Shown here in pieces: positions 9,796 through 19,775 of a DNA stretch of 64,000 nucleotides. This DNA comes from Nannocystis bainbridge (GTDB lineage: Bacteria; Myxococcota_A; Polyangia; Nannocystales; Nannocystaceae): positions 2,240,001 through 2,304,000 of the forward strand of contig NZ_JAQNDL010000001.1 in assembly GCF_028368995.1 (NCBI RefSeq), read 5' to 3'. Numbering within the stretch: the first letter of the stretch is position 1; every line of letters begins with the position of its first letter. A model generated the notes under the pieces. The model worked only from the letters and a program-made list of their open reading frames with translations. It was not told the origin of the DNA and searched no databases. Position numbers and translations under genes: made by a program.

Positions 9796-10152
9796 GCTGA
9801 GTTCCCTCTCGCCCATCAGCGTACTTGGGTCGCGATGAATCCTCGGCGGCGCGGGCGACCCGACGGGTGGTCGCTGCGACCGCCGGGCCCGACACGATTG
9901 ACATTTCATGCACTCGCAACATCGACGCAATCACATGAGCTGTCTGTGGCGTCGTCGATCTGCGCGGCAGCCGCGACGGCAGCGTCGGCGGTCGCGGCGC
10001 GCGATTCACCCGGCGCGCCCGCTGGCGACGCGTTTGCGGCTCGAAATCACCCGACCACGCGTCGCTAACGAATGTCCATACAGCCCCGCGAAGACGCGCA
10101 GGGGCTCGCGTCCCTCACCGACGCGAGCCCCTGCCGTCGCTACCACCCGCGA

Positions 10153-11856
10153 TCAGGGAGCCTTGCGTGACGCCACGAATTGCGCGAGCGCCTCGATCTG
10201 CTCCGTCGACAGCTTGTCGGCGAATTTCGGCATCTCCGCGGTATCGCCGTACAGGTCCTTCTGGCTGCTGTCGCGGATGATGCGGGCGATCCACGCCGGC
10301 GAGCCGCGGCCGGCCAGCGTCGGGCCGGCGCCCTCCTTGCCCGCCTCGAGCTCGTGGCACGACGAGCACTCGAGCTTCTTGTCCCACAGCTCCTTGCCGC
10401 GAGCGACGGTCGCCGCGTCGACGCTCGCCGCCGCGCTCGCCCCCGACAGGCTGACCAGGTACTCCACCACCGCCGCCAGCTCCTCGTCGCTGGCCTGTTC
10501 GGCGGTCAGCGGCTCCATCGTATTGTGCTTGGTCGCGCCGTAGAAGCGGCGGTCTCGCGGGCTGCGGACCAGGGCCGCCAGCCACTCGCGGCTGGTGAAG
10601 CCGTCGAGGGTCGGCGCCTCTTCGCTGCCCTTGCCCTCGAGCGTATGGCAGGTCGCGCACTGCTCCTTGAACAGGTTGCGGGTCTTCTGCTCCGGATCGT
10701 TGTCGAACACGGCGACGCCGCCGACCGGCGCCACGCCCTCTCGCGCGAGCTCGCGCGCCCGCGCGGCCTCGGCGTGGGCCTGCTCGACGCCGTGCTGGAA
10801 CGACTCGTTGCCCCCGTCCTCGACGATCGCCACCGCCGTCAGCGCCGTCACCCCGGCCATGAGGAGGCCGACCCCCGACAGCACCGACCAGCGCGAGCGC
10901 ACCGCTCGCGACTTCGACCGGTCGACGAACGGCAGCGCGAACAGATACGCCGCCGCCGCGCCCGGCAACAGCACCGTCGCCACGATCTGCAGCGGCCCCT
11001 GGAAGTACTTCAGCAGCTGGAACAGGAACAGGAAGTACCACTCCGGCCGGGCCACGAAATTGCTCGCAGGGTCGGCGGGCGCGAACAGCTCGGCGCCGTG
11101 GGTCTGGACCGTGAGGCCGACCAACACCGCCGCGCACACCGCCATCGCCAGCACGTCGAGGAACAGCTGGTTGGGCCAGAACGGCTGGGTCTTGCGCCGC
11201 AGCTCCGGCTCCGGCAGGTCCGGCGGCGTCACCCCGTGCTTGCGGAACAGCAGCAGGTGGACCCCGAGCAGCCCCGCGAGCGCGATCGGCAGCACGAACA
11301 CGTGCAGCGCGAAGAACCGCGTCAGCGTCAGGTTGCCGTACTCGGAACCGCCCTGCACGAATTGCTGCATGGGCTCGCCCCCGGGCACCGACCCCATGAT
11401 CCCGGTCGCCACCTGCGTGGCCCAGTAACCCTTCTGATCCCACGGCAGCAGATAGCCGGTGAGCGCGAACGCCAGCACGATCGCGCCCATCAACAGGCCG
11501 GTCCACCAGTTGACCTCGCGCGGCTTGCGATAGGCCCCGGCGAACACCACCTGCAAGAGGTGCAGCACCACGACCACCACCATCGCCGACGAGCCGTGGT
11601 GATGCAGGCCGCGGAGGAACCACCCGTACGTGACCTGATCGTTGAGGTACGCCGTGCTGGCCCACGCGTCGGTCGCCGAGGGGCTGTAATAAAACGCCAG
11701 CAGGATGCCGAGCACCACCTGTTGCATGAACAGGAACACCAGCACCGAGCCGAACACGTAGCGCAGCCGCGCGCCGCCCGGCACGTCCTCCTCGAGCATG
11801 AGGCGGGTGGCCGAGCGGATCCCGGTGCGTTCGTCGAGCCAGTCGAGCAGCGCCAT
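10153..11856 (-). CDS. Cytochrome b (b6 plus subunit IV) fused to a di-heme cytochrome c; bc complex subunit
   Basis: GWFLRGLHH, TGYLLPWDQKGYWA, TLTRFFALH, PEWY, and two CxxCH motifs (CATCH, CSSCH). Confidence 0.92.
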   Translation of the reverse strand: MALLDWLDERTGIRSATRLMLEEDVPGGARLRYVFGSVLVFLFMQQVVLGILLAFYYSPSATDAWASTAYLNDQVTYGWFLRGLHHHGSSAMVVVVVLHLLQVVFAGAYRKPREVNWWTGLLMGAIVLAFALTGYLLPWDQKGYWATQVATGIMGSVPGGEPMQQFVQGGSEYGNLTLTRFFALHVFVLPIALAGLLGVHLLLFRKHGVTPPDLPEPELRRKTQPFWPNQLFLDVLAMAVCAAVLVGLTVQTHGAELFAPADPASNFVARPEWYFLFLFQLLKYFQGPLQIVATVLLPGAAAAYLFALPFVDRSKSRAVRSRWSVLSGVGLLMAGVTALTAVAIVEDGGNESFQHGVEQAHAEAARARELAREGVAPVGGVAVFDNDPEQKTRNLFKEQCATCHTLEGKGSEEAPTLDGFTSREWLAALVRSPRDRRFYGATKHNTMEPLTAEQASDEELAAVVEYLVSLSGASAAASVDAATVARGKELWDKKLECSSCHELEAGKEGAGPTLAGRGSPAWIARIIRDSSQKDLYGDTAEMPKFADKLSTEQIEALAQFVASRKAP

Positions 11857-12386
11857 CAGACCGGCTCCTTCTGGGCCACACCCTGGCGGTATCGCACCAG
11901 CTTGATCGCCACCAGCCCGTTCTCCTCCTGCACCTCGAGCGCGTCGAGCGGCCGCGGCGACGGCCCGGCCTCGACCGCGCCGTCGAGCGCGAACGCCGAG
12001 CGGTGGCACGGGCACTTGAACTTCTGCGCCTCGGGGTCGTAGTCGACCGCGCAGCCGAGGTGCGGGCACACCGTCGAGAACGCCTGCAGCGCCCCGTCGC
12101 GCTCGAGCACCCAGCACGAGCCCAGCTTCACGTCGGGCGTCTTGTTCCACGCGTCGACCTTGTCGGCGTGGAGCTCGACCCGCACCGGCACCGAACCGGC
12201 GAACGCCGAGCGCTTGCCCGCTGGCAAGAACGCCCCCTCGCCGCCCTTCGACCCGGTCGGGAACAGCAGATAACCGACCGCCGGCACCACCGGCACCGCC
12301 GCCAGCCCCAACCCCAATGCCCCGATCCCCAGCTTCAACACCCCGCGACGGCCGGCGTCCGGCTCCCCTCCTGACCCAGAGGACAT
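11856..12386 (-). CDS. Rieske 2Fe-2S subunit of the bc complex
   Basis: CPHLGC and CPCHRS boxes and a TAT-like GRRGVLK anchor. Overlaps the cytochrome b start. Confidence 0.92.
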   Translation of the reverse strand: MSSGSGGEPDAGRRGVLKLGIGALGLGLAAVPVVPAVGYLLFPTGSKGGEGAFLPAGKRSAFAGSVPVRVELHADKVDAWNKTPDVKLGSCWVLERDGALQAFSTVCPHLGCAVDYDPEAQKFKCPCHRSAFALDGAVEAGPSPRPLDALEVQEENGLVAIKLVRYRQGVAQKEPV

Positions 12387-12510
12387 GTCCCGAGATTCAG
12401 CTTCGTGCTCCGCTCCGTGACCGCGTTCTCGGCTCGACATGGGCCTCCTGCCGCCCACGGCGGCCCCCGCAGGATACCCGACCGGCCGCGACCCACGCTA
12501 CCCTGCGCGC

Positions 12511-13419
12511 ATGCCCGCCGCCGTCCCCGCGCTGCTCCGCCCCGAGCTCGCCCCCGCGACGATCAAGGACACCCGCTGGGGCGGCCACCGCCTCGCCGCG
12601 CGGCTGAGCGACGAACCGACCACGCGCGGCGCGTTCGCCGGGCGCAGCATCGGCGAGCTGTGGCAGTTCTCGACCCTGCCCGGCAGCGAGAGCCTGGCCC
12701 TCGGCGGCCGCGGCCTCGGCGACGTCCTCGGCAGGCCGCTGCCCTTCCTCGCCAAACTCATCGACACCGCGCTGCCGCTCAGCGTTCAGGTCCACCCCGA
12801 AGATCGCCCCGATCCCGCACGCCCCGGCGCGATCCTGCCTGGCAAGGAAGAGGCGTGGATCGTGCTCGCCGCCGACCCCGACGCCCGACTGTGGGCCGGT
12901 GTCCGCCCCGGCGTCAGCCGCGACGACCTCGCCCGCGCCGCGGCCGACGGCACGATCGTCGCCTGTCTCGAAGAACATGTCGTCACCCCGGGCCTGGTGG
13001 TGCTCGTCCCCGCAGGCACGGTCCACGCGATCGGCGCCGGGATCCTGCTGGCGGAGATCCAGCAACCATCGGACTGCACGTATCGTCTTTACGACTACGA
13101 CAGCGGTCGACCGCTGCACGTCGAGGCGGCGCTGGCGACGCTGGACGTCGCCGCCCGACCTCAGGTGTGGCGCCCCGGCGACGCCTCGCCACATTTGCGC
13201 GGGACCCATGTCGAGCTCGAGCTGCTCGGTCCGGGGGAACACCGGCGCGCGCTCGCCGAGCCGACCCTGATCGTCGGCACGCGCGGGACCGCGAGCGTGC
13301 GCGCCGACGACTGCGAGGCAAAGCTCGACGAGACCCAGCTCCTGCTCGCCGTCCGCGGACCGCTCATCCTCACCATCCCCGAAGCCGGCCTCGTCGCCGT
13401 CGGCCGCGTCCACGCCTGA
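12511..13419 (+). CDS. Class I mannose-6-phosphate isomerase (cupin)
   Basis: LAKLIDTALPLSVQVHP, GKEEAW, VPAGTVHAIG, EIQQPSDCTYRLYDY. Confidence 0.88.
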   Translation: MPAAVPALLRPELAPATIKDTRWGGHRLAARLSDEPTTRGAFAGRSIGELWQFSTLPGSESLALGGRGLGDVLGRPLPFLAKLIDTALPLSVQVHPEDRPDPARPGAILPGKEEAWIVLAADPDARLWAGVRPGVSRDDLARAAADGTIVACLEEHVVTPGLVVLVPAGTVHAIGAGILLAEIQQPSDCTYRLYDYDSGRPLHVEAALATLDVAARPQVWRPGDASPHLRGTHVELELLGPGEHRRALAEPTLIVGTRGTASVRADDCEAKLDETQLLLAVRGPLILTIPEAGLVAVGRVHA

Positions 13420-13754
13420 CCGTCGATTGCGAGGACGTCGCCCCGCCGACGGTTGCGCGTACAACGGCGCGCTCGCTCGACCCCGTCCCCACGGCGGTCG
13501 GCCCGACCGACCGTTCGCATCATCATCGTCGCCGCCGCGCTCCGCAGGCCCACGCACGACCTGCCCCTTGAGACAGCTCGGCGCGGGTTCGCCCGGGTCC
13601 ACGCACGCGGGCGCGAGCGGCTCGAAGCGGCCCTCCGAGCCCTCCAGCGCCAGCGCCCGGCCCGCCGGCGCCGCCGCTTCCTGACGCCGCCGTCACCCGC
13701 ACAGGCACCCTCGCGCCCTCGCGTCGGCCCGGCTCGCTGGCGTATAGTGGCCGC

Positions 13755-14657
13755 ATGACCTCGCCCTATCGCCTACTCTCGTGCGCCCTCCTGCTCGTCG
13801 TCGCGTGCGGCGACAACGGCCAGACCACCACGGCCACCCCGAGCACCGAGACCGACGGCCCCACGACCACGCCCGTCACCACCACCACGACGACCACGGG
13901 CGAGCCCACGAGCACCAGCACGACCGGCACCCCGACCACCACCGACGACACGGCGAGCACCACCGACGACACCACCACCGGCCCGCCGCCGGCCAACTGT
14001 TCGCAGTACGCCAACGCCATGGCGTGCGGCCAGAACGGCTGCGAATGGACGCAGGTCGTCGGTTACACCCACGGCACCCAGGGCTGTCAGGGCGCCATCC
14101 GCGACTTCTGCGTGCCCGTCGACGCCTCGGGCGGCCTCACCAGCGTGTGGCGCGACGACGGCGGCGACATCGAGGTCGTGCAGTTCCCGTTCACCCCCAC
14201 CGATCTCGGCCCCGAGTGGAACACCTGCGACTGCGACAGCCCGCTCGCCTGCCTCTGCACCTCCGCCACCCTCGACTGTCCCGAGCGGCTCGGCGAGTTC
14301 TGCGGCGCGATCACCAGCGAGAACAGCTGCAGCAACGCCGCCGCCGGCGGCCAGTTCGCCTGCGGGTGGTTCACCGTCTCCCAGGAGGGCCCGCTCGACA
14401 ACGCCTGCGACGACCCGCCGTGGCAGAAGGTCTGCCTCCCGGGCACGGACCTCGGCACCAAGACCTGCGACCCGATCAGCCTGCCCTACGTCGACCAGGG
14501 CTATTGCATGGGCTGGACCGACCCCGTCTATTGGCGCGAGGTCGACGGCATCGTCGAGGTCACCACCATCTGCGGGCCCAAGCCAGCCGGCTGGAACCTG
14601 TGCGTCGCCGACGACCCCGACCAGCCCGAAGAGTGCAAGTGCGGCTGCAAGATCTGA
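13755..14657 (+). CDS. Cys-rich lipoprotein with Thr-rich linker and an internally duplicated domain
   Basis: Lipobox LLLVVAC, a poly-Thr linker, and two similar Cys/Trp-rich modules. Confidence 0.8.
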   Translation: MTSPYRLLSCALLLVVACGDNGQTTTATPSTETDGPTTTPVTTTTTTTGEPTSTSTTGTPTTTDDTASTTDDTTTGPPPANCSQYANAMACGQNGCEWTQVVGYTHGTQGCQGAIRDFCVPVDASGGLTSVWRDDGGDIEVVQFPFTPTDLGPEWNTCDCDSPLACLCTSATLDCPERLGEFCGAITSENSCSNAAAGGQFACGWFTVSQEGPLDNACDDPPWQKVCLPGTDLGTKTCDPISLPYVDQGYCMGWTDPVYWREVDGIVEVTTICGPKPAGWNLCVADDPDQPEECKCGCKI

Positions 14658-14681
14658 GCGGCAATCCGCGCGGCTGACCGT

Positions 14682-15713
14682 TCAGGTCAGCAGCACCAAC
14701 TTCCCGATCGTGCGCCCCGACTCGAGGTCGCGGTGCGCCTGCGCCACCTGCTCCAAAGGATAGGTCGTGATCGGCGGCGGGCGCAGCTCCTCGGCTGCCA
14801 GCCCGCCGGCGATCGCCGCCATCCCCTCGATCAGCAGCGGCGCGCGATGGAACATGTACGACAGGTTGAACCCGAGCACCCCGCGGTTCTCGTTGGTCAG
14901 CGCCAGCGGCGAGAACCACGGCGTGCGCACGAACCCGAACGCCAGCTTGAGCAGGTTGGGCTTGCCACCTGTCCTCGGGAGCATGGTGTGAAAGCCATAC
15001 ACGATCAGCCGCCCGCCCCCCGCCAGGTGCTTGTAGCTGCTGCGCAGCGTCTCCGGCCCGTTGGCGTCGCAGGCCACGTCGACGCCCCCGGGCGCCGCAG
15101 CCTCCACGGCCGGCCACAGCGGTGTGCTCGACTTGTCGATCACCACCTCGGCCCCGGCGGCCCGCGCCGCCGCGACCTTGTGCGGGCCGCCGACCACCCC
15201 GATCACGCGGCAGCCGGCGCGGCGTCCGAACTGACACAGCGCCCCGCCGACCCCGCCTGCGGCCGAATGGACCAGCACCGACTCGCCCGCCCGCGCGTGC
15301 GCCAGCGCGTGCAGCGCGTACCAGGCCGTCAAGTACACCGCCGGCACCGCCGCGGCCTCGGCCAGCGACAGCCCGGCCGGCACCGCGAACACCTGATGCT
15401 CCGGCACGCAGACCGCCGTCGCGTAGCCGCCGAAGCGAGTCACCGCCACCACCTCCGCCCCGATCGTCAGCCCCGTCACGCCCTCGCCGACGGCGTCGAT
15501 CACCCCCGCGACCTCGAAGCCCGGCGTGATCGGCCAGCCGACGAAATCCTGCGCCGACTTGTAGAGCCCCATGCGGACCACGCAATCGGCGTAGTTGACC
15601 CCGATCGCCTGCACCGCGATCCGGACCTCGCCGGGCCCGGGTCGGGGCGCCTCCGTCTCGACCAGCGTCAGCCGCTCATGTCCGCCCGCGGCCGCGATCA
15701 CAACCTTGCGCAT
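14682..15713 (-). CDS. NADPH:quinone oxidoreductase / MDR family (VAT-1-like)
   Basis: GVNYAD, PGFEVAG, HSAAGGVG, GRTIGKLVL. Confidence 0.9.
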   Translation of the reverse strand: MRKVVIAAAGGHERLTLVETEAPRPGPGEVRIAVQAIGVNYADCVVRMGLYKSAQDFVGWPITPGFEVAGVIDAVGEGVTGLTIGAEVVAVTRFGGYATAVCVPEHQVFAVPAGLSLAEAAAVPAVYLTAWYALHALAHARAGESVLVHSAAGGVGGALCQFGRRAGCRVIGVVGGPHKVAAARAAGAEVVIDKSSTPLWPAVEAAAPGGVDVACDANGPETLRSSYKHLAGGGRLIVYGFHTMLPRTGGKPNLLKLAFGFVRTPWFSPLALTNENRGVLGFNLSYMFHRAPLLIEGMAAIAGGLAAEELRPPPITTYPLEQVAQAHRDLESGRTIGKLVLLT

Positions 15714-15819
15714 GCGCATGCGCCGACCCTCGCCCGGGAGCGCGCGTGCGGTCAAGTCGTGAACTTGTAGCGACAAAGGCCCACCCCTGTGACGCCGATG
15801 GTGCTAGCTTGCCCCGCGC

Positions 15820-17235
15820 ATGACCGCAGGCGCAAAGGGCGACAGCCGCACCGAGACCGACAGCATGGGCCCGATCGAAGTGGCCAAGGACCGCTACTGG
15901 GGGGCCCAGACCGAGCGTTCGCTGCATCACTTCGACATCGGCGACGATCGCTTCTCGCGGCCGATGATCCGCGCGCTCGGCGTCCTCAAGAAGGCCGCCG
16001 CGCTGGCCAACGGCGAGCTCGGCACCCTCGCCAAGGACAAGGTCGACCTGATCGTGCGCGCCGCCGACGAGGTCATCGCCGGCGACCTCGACGCTCACTT
16101 CCCGCTGCGCGTGTGGCAGACGGGCAGCGGCACGCAGACCAACATGAACGCCAACGAGGTCATCGGCAACCGCGCGATCGAGCTCGCCGGCGGCGTGATG
16201 GGCAGCAAGAAGCCGGTCCACCCCAACGACGACGTCAACCGCGGCCAGTCGTCGAACGACACCTTCCCGACGGCCATGCACATCGCCGCCGCCGAGCAGA
16301 TCGTGCATCACCTGCTGCCGCGGCTGGGCGCCCTGCGCGACGTGCTCGCGGCCAAGAGCGCCGCCTTCGCCGACATCGTCAAGGTCGGCCGCACCCACCT
16401 GCAGGACGCCACCCCGATCACCCTCGGCCAGGAGTTCTCGGGCTACGTCCAGCAGCTCGACGACGCCCGCCGCGCCCTCGAGGCCACCTTGCCGCGGGTC
16501 TACGAGCTCGCGCTCGGCGGCACCGCCGTCGGCACCGGCCTCAACACCCACAAGGACTACGCCGTCACCAGCGCCCGGCAGATCGCCGCGCTGACCGGTC
16601 TGCCCTTTGTCACCGCGCCCAACAAGTTCGCCGCCCTCGCCGGCCACGAGGCGCTCGTCGGCCTCCACGGCGCGCTCAAGACCCTCGCCTGCGCCCTGAC
16701 CAAGATCGCCAACGACATCCGCTGGCTCGCCTCCGGCCCGCGCTGCGGCTTCGGCGAGCTCACCATCCCCGAGAACGAGCCCGGCTCCTCGATCATGCCC
16801 GGCAAGGTCAACCCGACCCAGTGCGAGGCCATGACGATGGTGTGCGCCCAGGTGCTCGGCAACGACGTCGCCGTCAACATCGGCGGCATGAGCGGCAACT
16901 TCGAGCTCAACGTCTACAAGCCGCTCATCATCCACAACACCTTGCACTCGACCCGCCTGCTCGGCGACGCCTGCCGCAACTTCCGCGAGTTCTGCGCCGA
17001 GGGCATCGAGCCGGTCCGCGAGAAGCTGGCGCACAACCTCGAGCAGAGCCTGATGAACGTCACCGCGCTGAACCCGTACATCGGCTACGACAACGCCGCC
17101 AAGATCGCCAAGAAGGCCCACAAGGACGGCTCCTCGCTCAAGGAGGCCGCCGTCGCGCTCGGCCTGCTGACGGCCGAGGACTTCGACCGCTACGTCCGCC
17201 CCGAGGCCATGATCGCGCCCGAGGGCGACCGCTAG
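15820..17235 (+). CDS. fumC: Class II fumarate hydratase
   Basis: [26 protein letters not shown], and the [11 protein letters not shown] signature. Confidence 0.97.
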   Translation: MTAGAKGDSRTETDSMGPIEVAKDRYWGAQTERSLHHFDIGDDRFSRPMIRALGVLKKAAALANGELGTLAKDKVDLIVRAADEVIAGDLDAHFPLRVWQTGSGTQTNMNANEVIGNRAIELAGGVMGSKKPVHPNDDVNRGQSSNDTFPTAMHIAAAEQIVHHLLPRLGALRDVLAAKSAAFADIVKVGRTHLQDATPITLGQEFSGYVQQLDDARRALEATLPRVYELALGGTAVGTGLNTHKDYAVTSARQIAALTGLPFVTAPNKFAALAGHEALVGLHGALKTLACALTKIANDIRWLASGPRCGFGELTIPENEPGSSIMPGKVNPTQCEAMTMVCAQVLGNDVAVNIGGMSGNFELNVYKPLIIHNTLHSTRLLGDACRNFREFCAEGIEPVREKLAHNLEQSLMNVTALNPYIGYDNAAKIAKKAHKDGSSLKEAAVALGLLTAEDFDRYVRPEAMIAPEGDR

Positions 17236-17242
17236 GATCCCC

Positions 17243-18349
17243 TTGAGCCACCAGCCTTACATCTCGATCCTCATCCCGCTGCTCGACGAGCTGCGATCGA
17301 TCCCCGAGATGCACGCGCAGGTCACCGACGCCTGCACCCGGCTCGGTCGCACCTACGAGATCTTGTGGATCGACGACGGCAGCCGCGACGGCTCGGCGCA
17401 CGCGCTCGACGACCTCGCCGCGCGCGACCCACGCTCGCGCGTGGTCCATTTCCGCCGCAACTTCGGCAAGTCGTCGGCGCTGGCCGCCGGCTTCGAGCGG
17501 GTGCGCGGGCAGATCGTCATCACCATGGACGCCGACCTGCAGGACGACCCGGCCATGATCGACGACTTCGTCAAGCGCATCGAGGCCGGCGCCGATTTGG
17601 TGTCGGGGTGGAAGAAGCGGCGCCACGACCCGCTCGACAAGACCTTGCCCTCGCGATTCTTCAACGCCGTCGTCAGCCGGCTGTCGGGCGTGCGGCTGCA
17701 CGACTTCAACTGCGGCTTCAAGGCCTACCGGGCCGACTGCGTGCGCGAGCTGGCCGTCTACGGCGGCTTTCACCGGTTCCTCCCGGTCCTCGCCCACCAC
17801 CGCGGCTTCCGCGTCGAGGAGCTGATCGTCAACCATCGCGCGCGCAAGCACGGCAAGAGCAAGTACGGCTTCATGCGCATGTTCGACGGCCTGCTCGACC
17901 TGCTGACGGTCCTGCTGGTCACCCGCTACCGCACCCGGCCGCTGCATTTCTTCGGCATCCCCGGCCTGGTCCTCGGCGGACTCGGCGTGCTGATCCTGGT
18001 CTACCTCAGCTTCCTGTGGCTGTTCGGCTACGCGATCGGCGAGCGCCCGCTGCTCACGCTCGGCGTCCTGCTCACGATCGTGGCCATGCAGTTCGTCGGC
18101 GTCGGCCTGCTCGGCGAGCTGCTGGTGCGCACCACCATCCGCTCGCAAGAGGTCTTCTCGATCCGCGACGAGCGCGAGGCGCCCGCGGCCACCCGCGCCG
18201 CCATCTACGCCCAGCCGAGCCCGCAGCTCGGCCCCTCGGCCCCGCCGCTGGCCGGCCGTCAGCTGCCCGTCTCGGCCGCCGAGGTCATCAGCGAAGAGGC
18301 GCAGACCGTCACTGTCCCGGGCAAGCCGAACCCGCCCGCGCGCCGCTGA
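17243..18349 (+). CDS. GT2 glycosyltransferase (ArnC/polyprenol-phosphate type)
   Basis: IDDGSRDGS, RNFGKS, MDADLQDDP, HDFNCGFKAYR, and two C-terminal TM helices. Confidence 0.92.
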   Translation: MSHQPYISILIPLLDELRSIPEMHAQVTDACTRLGRTYEILWIDDGSRDGSAHALDDLAARDPRSRVVHFRRNFGKSSALAAGFERVRGQIVITMDADLQDDPAMIDDFVKRIEAGADLVSGWKKRRHDPLDKTLPSRFFNAVVSRLSGVRLHDFNCGFKAYRADCVRELAVYGGFHRFLPVLAHHRGFRVEELIVNHRARKHGKSKYGFMRMFDGLLDLLTVLLVTRYRTRPLHFFGIPGLVLGGLGVLILVYLSFLWLFGYAIGERPLLTLGVLLTIVAMQFVGVGLLGELLVRTTIRSQEVFSIRDEREAPAATRAAIYAQPSPQLGPSAPPLAGRQLPVSAAEVISEEAQTVTVPGKPNPPARR

Positions 18350-18362
18350 CTCCGGGACCCGC

Positions 18363-18962
18363 ATGACCAGCGGCAACAAGCAGAAGCACGAGAGCAAGAA
18401 CCCGGTCCAGCGCGCCCTCATCGCCCGCTTCAAGCGCGAGGCCGCGGCGCTGGTGCGGCAGGCCGCCCCGCGCACGATCCTCGACCTCGGCTGCGGCGAG
18501 GGCTTCATGATCGAGGCCCTGCTGCAGGCCGGCATCGCCGCCGAGTTCACCGGCATCGACCTGTCCCACGGCGCGATCGCCGACGCCCGCGCGCGCATCG
18601 GCGGGCGCGCCAACCTCGAAGTCATGGACGCGCGCCAGCTCGTCGACGACGGCCGCAGCTTCGACCTGGTGATGATGCTCGAGGTCCTCGAGCACATCCC
18701 CGCGCCGGCGCAGATGCTGCCGGTGTTGCGCCGCCTGGCCCGCCAGCACGTGCTGCTCAGCGTCCCGCGCGAGCCGTTCTTCTGCGCCCTCAACTTCATG
18801 CGCGGCAAGAACCTCGTGCGCCTCGGCAACGACCCCGAGCACGTCAACCACTGGGGCCGCGCCGGCTTCCACCGCTTCGTCGCCCGCGACTTCGAGGTCC
18901 TCGCCGCCCCCGGCGTGTTCCCGTGGACGATGATCCTCGCCCGCCCGCGCAAGCGCGACTGA
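18363..18962 (+). CDS. Class I SAM-dependent methyltransferase
   Basis: ILDLGCGEG and LEVLEHIP. Confidence 0.88.
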   Translation: MTSGNKQKHESKNPVQRALIARFKREAAALVRQAAPRTILDLGCGEGFMIEALLQAGIAAEFTGIDLSHGAIADARARIGGRANLEVMDARQLVDDGRSFDLVMMLEVLEHIPAPAQMLPVLRRLARQHVLLSVPREPFFCALNFMRGKNLVRLGNDPEHVNHWGRAGFHRFVARDFEVLAAPGVFPWTMILARPRKRD

Positions 18963-19091
18963 CGACGACGCGCCGACGTCGGGCCTCGATGCCCGCCACG
19001 CGGGCATCACGATCGCCGCCTCCGGGCGCGCCGCCATCACGACGATGACCGTCGTGACAGCGGGGCCGCAGCCGGCGCGCTCGACCGGGCG

Positions 19092-19448
19092 TCAATCGAC
19101 GTCGACGACTTCGCTGCACCCGTAGACGTCGCGCGCGACCTTCCAGCAGTCCGGAAAGCCCGCCGGCGCGACGCCGCCGTCGTGGCTGCGCAGGCACTTC
19201 CAGGGCTCGCGGGAAGAGGGCCAGACGGTCGCCCATTGCCGGCGCGTCGGACTGGCGTCGGACGACGCCGAGCAAGCTCGGGCCCGCGGGAGCTCCGTCT
19301 CGCTGCCCTCGGGTTGTGGCTGGGCGAACTCGTCGGGCTGAGCCGCCTCGGTCTCGGGCTCGACAAAAGCGGCGACGGCGCTCAGCAGCGCCGCCTGGAT
19401 ACTGGAAACGAACAACATCGGATCTACCTCCTGTGATTTCGCAGCCAT
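19092..19448 (-). CDS. Possible small hypothetical protein
   Basis: A 118-aa ORF filling an intergenic gap, with a Cys/Trp-rich C-terminus and no recognisable family. Confidence 0.3.
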   Translation of the reverse strand: MAAKSQEVDPMLFVSSIQAALLSAVAAFVEPETEAAQPDEFAQPQPEGSETELPRARACSASSDASPTRRQWATVWPSSREPWKCLRSHDGGVAPAGFPDCWKVARDVYGCSEVVDVD

Positions 19449-19631
19449 CGCAGCATGGTCGACGGCAGTCCAACGATGAGGAGGTTCCTCCGTACCCGCC
19501 AGCGACCGACCGCAAAAATTGATCCGTGCCTGCCGAGCAGGCTCGGCCTGTTCGACCCGGGTTCAAGGATGGCCTCGCGCGCGAGCGACCGCCCAGATAG
19601 GCGGAGCGCCTGCAACGTCCGGTCGACGCCG

Positions 19632-19769
19632 TCGCAGTGTCACCGAGCCTCACGCGCCACCTCGCGCGGCCTCGACTTCACGCGAACGGCAGATCGATCA
19701 CCACCATCGCAGTGTCACCGGGCCTCACGCGCCACCTCGGCTTCACGCGAACGGCTGATGATCACCACC
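19632..19769. repeat. Imperfect ~75-bp direct repeat x2
   Basis: TCGCAGTGTCACCG(A/G)GCCTCACGCGCCACCTCG..CTTCACGCGAACGGC..GATCACCACC starts at 19632 and 19707. Confidence 0.85.
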
Positions 19770-19775
19770 GATGTC

